60,636 nucleotides of DNA from a virus (IMGVR_UViG_3300019768_000005:1-60636); one strand, 5' to 3'. Numbered from the stretch's first letter, positions 46,454 through 55,926 are shown. A program made the numbers and translations. The notes: a model not told the origin generated them from the sequence alone.

Positions 46454-46801
46454 TTATCTTGATATTGAAATAGTTGCATTCGGATATTGAATACACGCAT
46501 TTAAATATTCCTCAACCCAAGGTACAAAATGATCGTATAATCCCCAACCGTTTTTAGCATTAAATTGTTTAAAATATTCAGGGTCTTTATTTAGCCTATC
46601 AAGACCATCTTTCAATGGCTTTATGATATCTGACGCCTTTGATATGTTTAATTCTTCTGGTCGCCAACAATGGTAATAAATACCGGCCTTGTCAGCCATT
46701 GTATTTAAATTGTGAGTTATGTTTGAATCAAATACAGTAATGTTTTCCGTTTCTTTATTGCCGGTATCTGCTTTTACCACCAAATATACATCTAAACTCA
46801 T
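46454..46801 (-). CDS. Conserved phage hypothetical protein
   Basis: MSLDV, NITHNL..MA..AG, NGWG; GGAGG RBS. Confidence 0.75.
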   Translation of the reverse strand: MSLDVYLVVKADTGNKETENITVFDSNITHNLNTMADKAGIYYHCWRPEELNISKASDIIKPLKDGLDRLNKDPEYFKQFNAKNGWGLYDHFVPWVEEYLNACIQYPNATISISR

Positions 46802-46929
46802 AGCACCTCCAAATAAAAAACCCCGAAAGATTGGCTGCTTGTGAAGAAACTGTATCTTACACCAATCTGACGGGGTCGAGTTAATTTTATACTACAATTT
46901 CATATCACAAGCAAGTTTATTATATCACA

Positions 46930-47733
46930 TCACCCAACAATCGCAACCGTATAGAACAGATCCATAAAGGTATCTTCGTACCAGTGCGGCTGTGTTTCCC
47001 GTGGGTTGCTCGGACTTGTGTCGTTCTGGCCGTATTTCAGGCCGTATTCTGTGATCGAATTGTACTTCTTGATCTGGCCCTTGTACCCGGTCCTTGTTTT
47101 GACTTCCAGGATTCCATTCCCAATCAAAAGTCTATTAAAAACCCGAGCGCTGATCCCACACTCATTCTTTTTAAGCAGATCCGTGGCCGAGAACGTTGCC
47201 CTTACATTCTCTACGTATTCGGGCAGCATGGCGGTAGACACTCAAATTTCACAATGCAACTTTTTAGCGCACCCAAGATATGACACATCGCTCATTTTTA
47301 AATGGTTCTTTAAGTGGCCCAGGGCAACATACCCAATATCAAGCTGCTCTTTTTTGTCTGATGGGATTGGCAAAGATTTGGCCTGTTTTTCCATGAGAAG
47401 GAAATAATCTCTGGCCTCATTCCCACGGGCTGTTTGCTCAGCCATTGAAACTTTCTTCGCCGTGTCTTGGGTCAAGGCATAGTCTTTTCGGTTATGCCCT
47501 CCGCGACCTGTTTGCTTGACAGAATTATCAAGCAAAATAAAGTCCTGGTTTTCTTGAAAAAATGGATTCTCAATCACCTTTAACTTTACCCAGTTTGCAA
47601 ATTCCTGCTTACTACCAAGGAAAGAATGCAGCTCCCTGGCATCAACAGAATTGACAGACTCTTCCCCGATAGTCGCTGATTTGATTTTTACTTGATTTGA
47701 AATTGATGTTGTGGTATTACTTTGGATAGTCAT
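46930..47733 (-). CDS. AntA/AntB antirepressor split by an in-frame TGA (47242-47244)
   Basis: VDARELHSFL..GGHNRKDY N-domain; abutting same-frame ORF supplies the antirepressor C-domain (SATDLL..FNRLL..ETQPHWY). Confidence 0.8.
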
Positions 47734-47818
47734 TCGATTTAAACCTCATCTTGAATTGTTTGATATGGCCCGGTTGGATGTGCAGTCCTTCCGGGTTTGG
47801 TTGATTATTAACGCTTAT

Positions 47819-48229
47819 TTAACCTTCTTCGGTATGCTCATGAACAAAGCCACCCTTAATAGTAAATGTTTTCTCATCGGATGCCTTCATCATGTATGTT
47901 TTTATTTTTAAACACTTTTCTTGTCTATGCCCAAGTAAGCGTTTTATTTTACCTGGACTATACATGAACCAATCTGTATCCTTTATTATAAATTTATCGG
48001 TATGTTTTGTTATATCTACGCCAAACATTGTATCAATAGGATCGTGTGCCACAAAGGTTCGTTCGAGCCCATGAATCACAACATCATCCCCAGCATAACA
48101 AACAACAACGTCTGTCAAAAAATGGTGTTGGTATGGCAGATATGCAAAGTCTCCGGTATACAGCACCGGCGTTTTTCTTGTGTTTGAGCCAAGCACTAAA
48201 TAGGCTTTATCGTATCTATGCTCTATCAT
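47819..48229 (-). CDS. Hypothetical protein
   Basis: ORF only. Confidence 0.5.
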   Translation of the reverse strand: MIEHRYDKAYLVLGSNTRKTPVLYTGDFAYLPYQHHFLTDVVVCYAGDDVVIHGLERTFVAHDPIDTMFGVDITKHTDKFIIKDTDWFMYSPGKIKRLLGHRQEKCLKIKTYMMKASDEKTFTIKGGFVHEHTEEG

Positions 48230-48311
48230 TCGGACACATCCTTAATGACATCAATTACACCACCACACCACTTAATCTGCTGAATCGGAGTTCCGTCGGA
48301 ATACTTTTTAT

Positions 48312-49085
48312 TCAAAATTCAATCCCGTTATTAGCAAACTCATATGATTCTTGGAGAAGGCTCTTTATATCATTTTCATGGAATGAAATATTTTCAGTCT
48401 CGTATCTTTTATAGATTGCTGCACAAAGGGCATTATTCGTATTATAGCCTGTGGATTTTCTCTTGATATCTACAGCTGATAAAATCATACCAAGAATATA
48501 ATGTATCTTGTTATTAACCAAAGTAACAGCAGTCATGGATTTGCTGTCAAATACAGCATCATTTTTGTTTTCAATGCAACCTAAGAACATACTCAACACA
48601 GCATCATATTTCTTTAAAGCAATTAAATACCCACGACAGCGGGAATATAACTGATTGAATGAATCTTCCGTCAATAAATTAAGTAAGCATTCACTATTAG
48701 CCTCTTTTTTATATATCGGCTTCGATTCGAAGTAAGAATTTTCAATAAAGGTCGTTGCTTGTTCTATCGTTATATCAAACCATTCACCTATAATTTTTTT
48801 ATATGAGAAATGCTTGTGTGCAAGGTTTTCTATTTCACTATAGTTTGAACATGGTATTGAAATAAAGGCCTTCTCTAAACATAGGCCTCCTTGCATAGTT
48901 ATATTTGCAAGCCTTGCCGCAGGCTCTTTTGTTTTGCCTATCTTAACACGATTTTCAGTTGATATTGCGTAAACGTATCCAAAACTTTTTGACGTTGTTT
49001 CTTTAAACTTTAATGTCTTTAATAGATATTTACGAACGGAGTCTTGATCTGAAATTGATTTTGTGGTAATTACTTGAATAGTCAT
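48312..49085 (-). CDS. T5orf172 / GIY-YIG domain protein
   Basis: GYVYAI..VKIGKT..P..R..E..H..F..GEWF. Confidence 0.8.
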   Translation of the reverse strand: MTIQVITTKSISDQDSVRKYLLKTLKFKETTSKSFGYVYAISTENRVKIGKTKEPAARLANITMQGGLCLEKAFISIPCSNYSEIENLAHKHFSYKKIIGEWFDITIEQATTFIENSYFESKPIYKKEANSECLLNLLTEDSFNQLYSRCRGYLIALKKYDAVLSMFLGCIENKNDAVFDSKSMTAVTLVNNKIHYILGMILSAVDIKRKSTGYNTNNALCAAIYKRYETENISFHENDIKSLLQESYEFANNGIEF

Positions 49086-49190
49086 GGATTTTAATCCCTT
49101 TCATTAAAGTTTGTGATCAGAGCCTGGAAGACACCCACTGTCTTTCAGGCTTGTTTGTTTATACTATCATATCAGATACAGCATATCAAT

Positions 49191-49922
49191 CTAAGAACAT
49201 TGAAGTTCATGATACTTGCACCCGGCTTTCTTGTGTATCGCCTTGTGGCAATCGCGGCAAAGCGTCACGCAGCAATCAGGGTCATTGGCCGTCATTGGGT
49301 TTTGCGTGGCCGGTACGGTGTGGTGGCAGTGCAAATACTCCGTTGAACAGCATTTCTGGCAAGTGTAATCGTCGCGCTTTAAAACGAGTTGGCGTAGGGA
49401 TGGGTTGGATTCTCTTGAAGATGCCTTTTTATATCCTTTTGGGTAATTTCTTCTTTTATAGGTTGGGCAAGATTCTTTACACCCATGTGAACAATATAAT
49501 CTACATTCTCCAAAACCGTTTTTATTTATAGACCGCAATCTGTCCCTAACTGATTGTATAGTAGGTGTAAACTCACGTCCACAATAGGCACATTTTACTA
49601 TAAGCAATCCAGCTTTACCATGGTTACATTTTTCATAAACACATAAGTTCACAGATACAGGATCACTGTATTTAGCCATGCGTTTCACATGTTTTTTTTG
49701 TTTCTGCTTTTCAGTTGTTGAATTTTCTACATAATATTTTTTCCTATATTCGCGGTAACATGACTTGCATTGTGATTTTAAAAGGCTACCATTTTTCCCA
49801 AAAAACTCCAAGGTGTCCGGAAGAGTAAATCCGCATTTCGTGCAGGTCTTGGTCTTTTGATCAGGTGAGTTTAAATATGATTGCGGTACGGCAGTCGGTG
49901 TGTTAATATTCGAATCAGTCAA
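49191..49922 (-). CDS. HNH endonuclease with zinc fingers
   Basis: KTCTKC, CKSC, RDDYTCQKC..HCHH..TLC..CH. Confidence 0.85.
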   Translation of the reverse strand: MTDSNINTPTAVPQSYLNSPDQKTKTCTKCGFTLPDTLEFFGKNGSLLKSQCKSCYREYRKKYYVENSTTEKQKQKKHVKRMAKYSDPVSVNLCVYEKCNHGKAGLLIVKCAYCGREFTPTIQSVRDRLRSINKNGFGECRLYCSHGCKESCPTYKRRNYPKGYKKASSRESNPSLRQLVLKRDDYTCQKCCSTEYLHCHHTVPATQNPMTANDPDCCVTLCRDCHKAIHKKAGCKYHELQCS

Positions 49923-50038
49923 GGTTCAACCTCCTTCAAAGGTTTTATTTTGATCAGAGCTCGGACGATCCCCACGATCTCCGGGCTTGTTTCTTACAGT
50001 ACCATACCAAATACAAGATATCAACCGTCAAGTAATGC

Positions 50039-50067
50039 TTGACAGTTCGAAATAAAAATTATATTCT
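50039..50067 (+). promoter_or_regulatory. Promoter for a putative ncRNA
   Basis: TTGACA-17-TATTCT; no credible plus-strand ORF downstream. Confidence 0.55.
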
Positions 50068-50073
50068 ATTATT

Positions 50074-50212
50074 CCATTGCGGTTGTGGGGCGTTACTTTT
50101 GGCTATATAGATCGGCCCCTTGTGAGCCCACAACCGCATTGCTGGAAAAATAGACAAGCGCCAATGGTTTGGGTATGAATATACGCGGGTTCGATTCCGG
50201 TATCCGATACCA
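50074..50212 (+). ncRNA. Structured tRNA-like RNA (not a canonical tRNA)
   Basis: 12-bp stem TGCGGTTGTGGG/CCCACAACCGCA; T-loop GGTTCGATTCC; ATCGG/CCGAT; 3' ACCA. Confidence 0.45.
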
Positions 50213-50216
50213 ATTC

Positions 50217-50603
50217 TTATTTAGCAACCTGAATCTGTTCTGTCGTTCGCCTTTCGTCACGATCAAGCAAAACAAGGATAGACCCATTTATTTTCGATAC
50301 GCTACTGTTCATCTTCCTGATATCTTTTTGAGTTGTGTCAATGCTTTGTAAAATTTGGGTGACCGAAGTTTCGATCCTGGCAACCTTATTATCAACGTCA
50401 CGAATGCTTATCTGGTTCGCCATGATCCTGCCGTTATGCTCACGACCTATCCGGTCAATGTCTTTTTGGGCGTGTGATACTTCTGATTTTGCGCTCCAAG
50501 TAAAAAATAAAGCTGCAAAAAATAATGGGATTAGAATAGGGATAATTGATTTAGAAAAATACTGGCAGATAGTTGATATTGTGGATGAATTAGAGTTTGA
50601 CAT
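50217..50603 (-). CDS. Single-TM coiled-coil protein (possible holin-like)
   Basis: N-terminal transmembrane helix, then coiled coil. Confidence 0.5.
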   Translation of the reverse strand: MSNSNSSTISTICQYFSKSIIPILIPLFFAALFFTWSAKSEVSHAQKDIDRIGREHNGRIMANQISIRDVDNKVARIETSVTQILQSIDTTQKDIRKMNSSVSKINGSILVLLDRDERRTTEQIQVAK

Positions 50604-50616
50604 ATGTACCTTGTGC

Positions 50617-51708
50617 TTAGTTAATTAGACCTATGTAATTACCGTCTTTGTCTTTTTTTAAGAGTTTTACCACGCCATTTTTATCAGACAAGTCTTTAAT
50701 TTTAATTTTTCCGGACTTCCAAAGTTTATACCTGTTAGGCCCAAGAAAATCCATTTGATACTTTTTATCCCTTGATTTAAGGAATCCTTCAAAGTCTCCA
50801 ACAAATTGACCTGCTTCAATTATTTTTCTTTTATCACCACGTTCAGTGTACGGGCGAATATTGCTTTTAAGTTCGTCTATATCCAAACCAAGATTTTTAT
50901 AAGTATCTGTCTTGGGTAAAAGAAAACATCGGCAGCGGGGATGAATTGGAGCTGTTGGATGGGGTTCATTTAAATCCCAGACCCTTCCATCGAGCGATGC
51001 GCATATCATGCAAGTGCCTCGGCCATGTATAGTTGACACTTCAAGCGTTGCACTCCATTCGACACGTTTTACGATATCTGAGTTTGCTTTATAAACAGCT
51101 TCGGCGGCATCGTTATTTATTGACGCAATATAAGTCCTAACAAGCGTTTCCGCATCGGTTTTGATGACACCAAAGGCCTCTTCCATATGCTTAACAATCT
51201 TGTCCGTGCTAAGACCCTGAAGAGTATCTGCAATAATAGCCGTTTGAAGTTCATCTGCTATCCTGAGTTCAAATGTATCCTTAACCCAATCCTCAAGCAA
51301 CTTGCCACCAACCGGAGTTGACACCACCATGGCCCGAAGCTGATCAGGCGAAACAGCAGAAAAGTTGAACCCAACCGTCTCCGCAAGCTTCCCATCAAAC
51401 GAAAGCATGTTGTCGTATTTTTGAAAAGAATATTCCCCGGCCACGACAGACGCATCTATAATGTCGCTGGATAGCTTGGCTTGGATGCCGAATGTCAACC
51501 GGTTAAGTTCTTCCAGGACCTCAAATTCCCGGGCCTTAGACGTAAACACCCCGGCAAGATCAGCAACATCATCAAACAGTTGTTCCCGCGCAATATCCAA
51601 CGCCTTCTGGATCTGGACCAACGAGGCGTCGGTGTATTGCTCTATTCGGTACTGCTGCTCTATATTGCGATAAAGCAGCAATAGGTCTTTGTATTCGTCA
51701 CCTGTCAT
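50617..51708 (-). CDS. Head morphogenesis protein (Mu gpF/SPP1 gp7-like)
   Basis: LVRT, WSATLE..TC.ICASLDG, P.HPRCRC. Confidence 0.85.
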   Translation of the reverse strand: MTGDEYKDLLLLYRNIEQQYRIEQYTDASLVQIQKALDIAREQLFDDVADLAGVFTSKAREFEVLEELNRLTFGIQAKLSSDIIDASVVAGEYSFQKYDNMLSFDGKLAETVGFNFSAVSPDQLRAMVVSTPVGGKLLEDWVKDTFELRIADELQTAIIADTLQGLSTDKIVKHMEEAFGVIKTDAETLVRTYIASINNDAAEAVYKANSDIVKRVEWSATLEVSTIHGRGTCMICASLDGRVWDLNEPHPTAPIHPRCRCFLLPKTDTYKNLGLDIDELKSNIRPYTERGDKRKIIEAGQFVGDFEGFLKSRDKKYQMDFLGPNRYKLWKSGKIKIKDLSDKNGVVKLLKKDKDGNYIGLIN

Positions 51709-51813
51709 TTTTCAAAAATAACGCCTTTTGCTGCCGCATCTAATATTCTGTCCGCTGGAAGGTCGAGCCTTGTAACTCCACCTATTTCGATAATATTTGT
51801 ATTTTGATCCACA

Positions 51814-52110
51814 TCAAGTCCCCTCAATATAAAATTTTTGCTTAAATATTTCACCGGCAGCATAAGAACCATCGCTGAACCGAACATGTGCCCAAAACTT
51901 CCAGGTGCCTGGTTTGTCAATGTCGTCTTCAGATGTTACTCTATAAGTTATTTCTCCTGTCGAGTCGTCTGATGACACAGCGTTAAATTCCCCTGTTGTT
52001 GTTAAATCTGGTTTTACATATTTTATTACCAATGCCGTTGCCCCTGTAATATCTTGCCCAACAGTGGCTACTAAATCCAACGCTGTTTGTCCTACGAAGA
52101 CTTTTCCCAT
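51814..52110 (-). CDS. BppU N-terminal-like virion protein
   Basis: KPD..G.F.A..G.I.Y..DID.PGTW. Confidence 0.55.
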   Translation of the reverse strand: MGKVFVGQTALDLVATVGQDITGATALVIKYVKPDLTTTGEFNAVSSDDSTGEITYRVTSEDDIDKPGTWKFWAHVRFSDGSYAAGEIFKQKFYIEGT

Positions 52111-52112
52111 AC

Positions 52113-52304
52113 TTAATCACCTATATTGCTGTCAAATTCAATTCTTTTCGTTATGTAGCTATCAAAATAGATTGACATTGTGATAATACTATCAAATTCT
52201 ACAACCTCGCGCCAGGTCGAAACAATAACGTCTCCATATTCCGGAAAATAATTTTCAGAAAAATAAGATTCGGCAATATAATTGCCTTGGATGTATCCTG
52301 ACAT
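52113..52304 (-). CDS. Small virion-associated protein
   Basis: YF repeats and FDS.IT repeats. Confidence 0.5.
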   Translation of the reverse strand: MSGYIQGNYIAESYFSENYFPEYGDVIVSTWREVVEFDSIITMSIYFDSYITKRIEFDSNIGD

Positions 52305-54049
52305 TATTCACCGTCCAAAGCAATTGCGGTTCTATTGCCGCTTTCATCGACCGTTGCCGTTATCCTGTTTTTATCATCTGCGGAACTCCTAAAATTAATA
52401 GTATTTGTTCCGCCTCCAGTAGATTTACCGGCAGCGAATGCAAAAATGATGCGCAACATCTCTTGCAAGTCATATCCACCATCTGTAACTCCTGCAATAA
52501 GATCGGCAACAGACATATTATTCAAGGCTGATATCTGAGACGGAATAGTAGTCCCTGTGTTTGTCAAAATATCGGAAATTTTCAAATCTAAAGCAGACTC
52601 TGTGGCTGTAATGGCTGACTCTACGTCTGATTGATCGGCTGGATCAACCGGTAGGTTGTCTGTCTTAGCCCTGATAGCATCAATAATAACATCCAATGCG
52701 GCAACCTCTGCGCTCGTTGATACACTTGACACATCTGCTTTGTATGTTGATGCGTCGTCACTGTGAGCAATATCACCAGTTACATTTAGCTTGTCAATGT
52801 ATCCTGCCCTAACAGATGTTAATCTTGATATCAATGTATCAATGTTTGTAGCCACTGTGCTCAAACTGTCCGATGTTGCAAAACCAGTAGCCGTTGCCCA
52901 TGACCCTTGATTTGTCTGTAGATCGTTTGTGTCTGCTACAATAGCTGCAAGCTTTGTGGAGTTGGTGTCAATCTCTGATCGGATTTCTTCAGCCGATGGC
53001 GCAGACCCTGCGGCACCAGTTATCCAAGCAGCATCACCACGATCCCTTATAGCCTCCAAAGAATCTGTTTCCCCAGAAAAAGTTGTGCCTTTAACATCAT
53101 TTAAATGGTTTATGATTGTTGTTTGATTAGACGCACTTGCCAACGTAGACACATCTGCTTTGTAATCGCTTACAGACTCAGAAGGTATGAGGTTTTGATT
53201 TTTTGCCCCAAACGTTCCTGCCGTTGTGTGTCCAGAAATGGCCTCGTCCCAAACAGCGTCAGCCAAAACAGAGACATCAACGCCTCCAGATGATGCGGTA
53301 GCGAGTGCAATTCCAGCCGTGCCAGCGGTAGTGTGACCGCTAAGGAGTTCATCCCAAACAGCATCAGATATTGATGTTGGGCTTATTGCGTCAATCAAAG
53401 CCTTTAATGCCCCAAGCCCATCTGTTGCGTTGCTAAGGTCGGCCTGGATACCATCAACAACAGTGTCAACTGTGGATAGATTTACAGCCTGAGCAATAGA
53501 CGTCAAAGCTCCTGAGTCGGGTAAATTATCGGTAGTAGCCTTAATGCCATCAATCAACGTATCAATAGATGCCAGCAAACCTGGGATCGTTGTACCGCTA
53601 TCCTCTAAAATTGCCGACAATTGTGTTGAATTAGCGTCAATGTGGGCTGTTATCTCAGACGTTGTCGGAGGGGTTGTGGTGTTCGCGCCATAATCAGCTA
53701 AAGCAATATCACACTGAGCGTTAACATCATCTGTTGATACATCATTAAGCAACCCGATCGCAGAATAAGCGTCACCTGTCTGTGGGGTTGTGGTGTAAAT
53801 ATTGACTGTTTGAACAAAAGCGCCCGAAATAGACATAGTAAAAGCAATATGTGCATAATTCGTTTCTGCTTGAGTTGGAATATATGACCAAACACCATTC
53901 CCCTCATGGACAGATGTCCCTGAACCTGTTGCCTGTGTGCCTCCATCGCCTAAGACATAAACAGTCGGGGTCCCGGATGTGATAATGCTTCCGTCTGTTG
54001 TCGATAGCATTTCGAAACAAATACTCTGATCGCCTGTATTTTTTATCAT
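52304..54049 (-). CDS. Repetitive fibre-like virion protein
   Basis: Repeated DAVWDE..SGHTTAGT, KA.TDNLP and YKADVS; RITATVD..GNRTA C-terminus. Confidence 0.65.
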   Translation of the reverse strand: MIKNTGDQSICFEMLSTTDGSIITSGTPTVYVLGDGGTQATGSGTSVHEGNGVWSYIPTQAETNYAHIAFTMSISGAFVQTVNIYTTTPQTGDAYSAIGLLNDVSTDDVNAQCDIALADYGANTTTPPTTSEITAHIDANSTQLSAILEDSGTTIPGLLASIDTLIDGIKATTDNLPDSGALTSIAQAVNLSTVDTVVDGIQADLSNATDGLGALKALIDAISPTSISDAVWDELLSGHTTAGTAGIALATASSGGVDVSVLADAVWDEAISGHTTAGTFGAKNQNLIPSESVSDYKADVSTLASASNQTTIINHLNDVKGTTFSGETDSLEAIRDRGDAAWITGAAGSAPSAEEIRSEIDTNSTKLAAIVADTNDLQTNQGSWATATGFATSDSLSTVATNIDTLISRLTSVRAGYIDKLNVTGDIAHSDDASTYKADVSSVSTSAEVAALDVIIDAIRAKTDNLPVDPADQSDVESAITATESALDLKISDILTNTGTTIPSQISALNNMSVADLIAGVTDGGYDLQEMLRIIFAFAAGKSTGGGTNTINFRSSADDKNRITATVDESGNRTAIALDGE

Positions 54050-54879
54050 TGGATTATCCTCGTTGGTTTTGAGGCGTTTAGTGCTGCTAAGTTAAAAGTT
54101 GGTATATCACCGCTCGGAATAAAATACGTGCGGAATGTTGGGGGTTGGATTAGGGCGTACGGGTTGTCGTACAAGTATGACACCTGACCATTGGACAAAT
54201 AACCATTATATACAAGCAACGAACTTATCGTAGCGTTTAGATAAACTGACTTGCCCGGGTTGTATAACACATATGTGGTAACAGCGCTATCTGTGATGGT
54301 CCCGTTGACTACATACGATGGTGACATCCTGTCGTTATAAATATGCCGCAGGTTGTCACCATCCCATGTAAAACCAAGCATAACCTGCTGTTTGGTTTTG
54401 ATTTCCCCGAAAGAAAAGTCGTTGGCGGCGGTCCATCCGTTAACCCCTGTCGTACCCAACAAGTTCCTGACTGTTCCTGAACTACTGTCCTGGATACCGG
54501 CACTGATTGAGTTGTCAGCCTTGAATATCGTACTTGCCTCAGTTACAACTGAATGTAGCGTTACGAGCGCAACAATTGACAACTTAGATAAACCGTTTGT
54601 GTTTGTTACAAACGAAGGGTTTTGTAACAAACTATCATCTACAGCATTACCGAAACCGTCAAACCCCCAGTCACCCGCCGCAACAGACATTGTTGTATAA
54701 GGTACGCCTGATATTACAGACCTGGCGTCACCAACAAACTCCCACATTGGATAGTATGCAATTATATTCCCCCCAAGCATACCCATCTGCTCGCAGTTGT
54801 TGACCACACTGTGTTCGACCAAGCTACCAGGACCCCACTGCTTGGGCCTTTGCTTCCACAAACCTCGCAGGAAAGTCAT
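54046..54879 (-). CDS. LamG/concanavalin A-like virion protein
   Basis: FTWDG....Y, ISSLLVYN..LS..V..LY.NPY. Confidence 0.65.
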   Translation of the reverse strand: MTFLRGLWKQRPKQWGPGSLVEHSVVNNCEQMGMLGGNIIAYYPMWEFVGDARSVISGVPYTTMSVAAGDWGFDGFGNAVDDSLLQNPSFVTNTNGLSKLSIVALVTLHSVVTEASTIFKADNSISAGIQDSSSGTVRNLLGTTGVNGWTAANDFSFGEIKTKQQVMLGFTWDGDNLRHIYNDRMSPSYVVNGTITDSAVTTYVLYNPGKSVYLNATISSLLVYNGYLSNGQVSYLYDNPYALIQPPTFRTYFIPSGDIPTFNLAALNASKPTRIIQ

Positions 54880-55283
54880 TACTGAGCCTGCGGCAAAATC
54901 GGTACAATATTGAGCGACGCGGTAAATCCTACGTCTTCCGCAGCTATCGCAATTCGTGACAATTTATCCGGATAAAAAAGTGGTCCCAAGGGATATTCTC
55001 CTGTTTCCGCAGATGGTATTTTTACGTTCAACGATCCTGTATCAAACTTTGCCGGTGTGCCTGTCGATGCTCCGGAATAATACAGCCTGCAAATAGCATC
55101 ACCTCCTGTGTGTGCTGTGACGTTAACAAAGCATTGATACGCATGTGCCCCTGCACAATTGCCAGTAAGCGTATTGTCAAGCGTAACGCAACCAGTTGTA
55201 TCAAGTGCAGCGTCTGCGGTAAGGGCAATTGACGATTGGGCTTCAATACTAGAATCGTAAATAATAGGTATTCGCGTTGCCAT
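54879..55283 (-). CDS. Hypothetical virion protein
   Basis: Translationally coupled ORF. Confidence 0.55.
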   Translation of the reverse strand: MATRIPIIYDSSIEAQSSIALTADAALDTTGCVTLDNTLTGNCAGAHAYQCFVNVTAHTGGDAICRLYYSGASTGTPAKFDTGSLNVKIPSAETGEYPLGPLFYPDKLSRIAIAAEDVGFTASLNIVPILPQAQ

Positions 55284-55717
55284 TATTCAAAATCCTCCAA
55301 GGTAATTTTCCGATCAAAAAGTTCTTCGGACCTGGACTTCAACACCTCTCCTTTGCGCATGAGCCTATTATATTCATCATCAGTTCCTACCCCTACAAGG
55401 TTTAAGCTTTTTAGTAAATCTCGTACTGGCTCAAGTGATAGGTTTATGCCTTTACCCTCGACTTCATCCATGATCATCTTTATGTCTTGTCCTAATTGAG
55501 TTGTTCCTGACATAAACTCTCTTAGTGCAATCCTGGACGGCTGGCTAAGATAAATTATGAATAAATCGCTTTTTGATATCATCACTGGTTCTATTGATAT
55601 CACCCACGATTCAACACTGGCAGACCCAGGTTTATTCAGTGCCTCAATAATTATTCTAGGGCTCGCACCGGTAAGTTCTGGATGCAAGTCTATTTCTGTT
55701 TGTAATCCTTCAAGCAT
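55283..55717 (-). CDS. Hypothetical protein
   Basis: Coupled ORF; SRSEEL C-terminus. Confidence 0.55.
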   Translation of the reverse strand: MLEGLQTEIDLHPELTGASPRIIIEALNKPGSASVESWVISIEPVMISKSDLFIIYLSQPSRIALREFMSGTTQLGQDIKMIMDEVEGKGINLSLEPVRDLLKSLNLVGVGTDDEYNRLMRKGEVLKSRSEELFDRKITLEDFE

Positions 55718-55745
55718 GTCTTTAAAATCCTTTGTTCTGTTTCAT

Positions 55746-55922
55746 TTAAACGCCCCGGCTATGGCTTCTTAATTTAACTTCATCAAATATATGATTGCCA
55801 TTCATCTCTCCAAGCCATGAAATATCTATATCAGTAATGGCAACCCCGGTTTTATCTTCATAGTCTTCTATTAGCTTCTTGAGTTCCTTTAAAAAGAGCC
55901 TTGTGCTGTCTTGTTTTTCCAT
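55746..55922 (-). CDS. Small hypothetical protein
   Basis: Likely start MEKQDS. Confidence 0.5.
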   Translation of the reverse strand: MEKQDSTRLFLKELKKLIEDYEDKTGVAITDIDISWLGEMNGNHIFDEVKLRSHSRGV

Positions 55923-55926
55923 ATAT

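Noticed and set aside
50111-50212. Canonical tRNA, or tRNA-Sec/suppressor tRNA
   Set aside because: No proper anticodon arm, no UCA or CUA anticodon loop, and only 5 acceptor pairs; kept as a tRNA-like ncRNA only.
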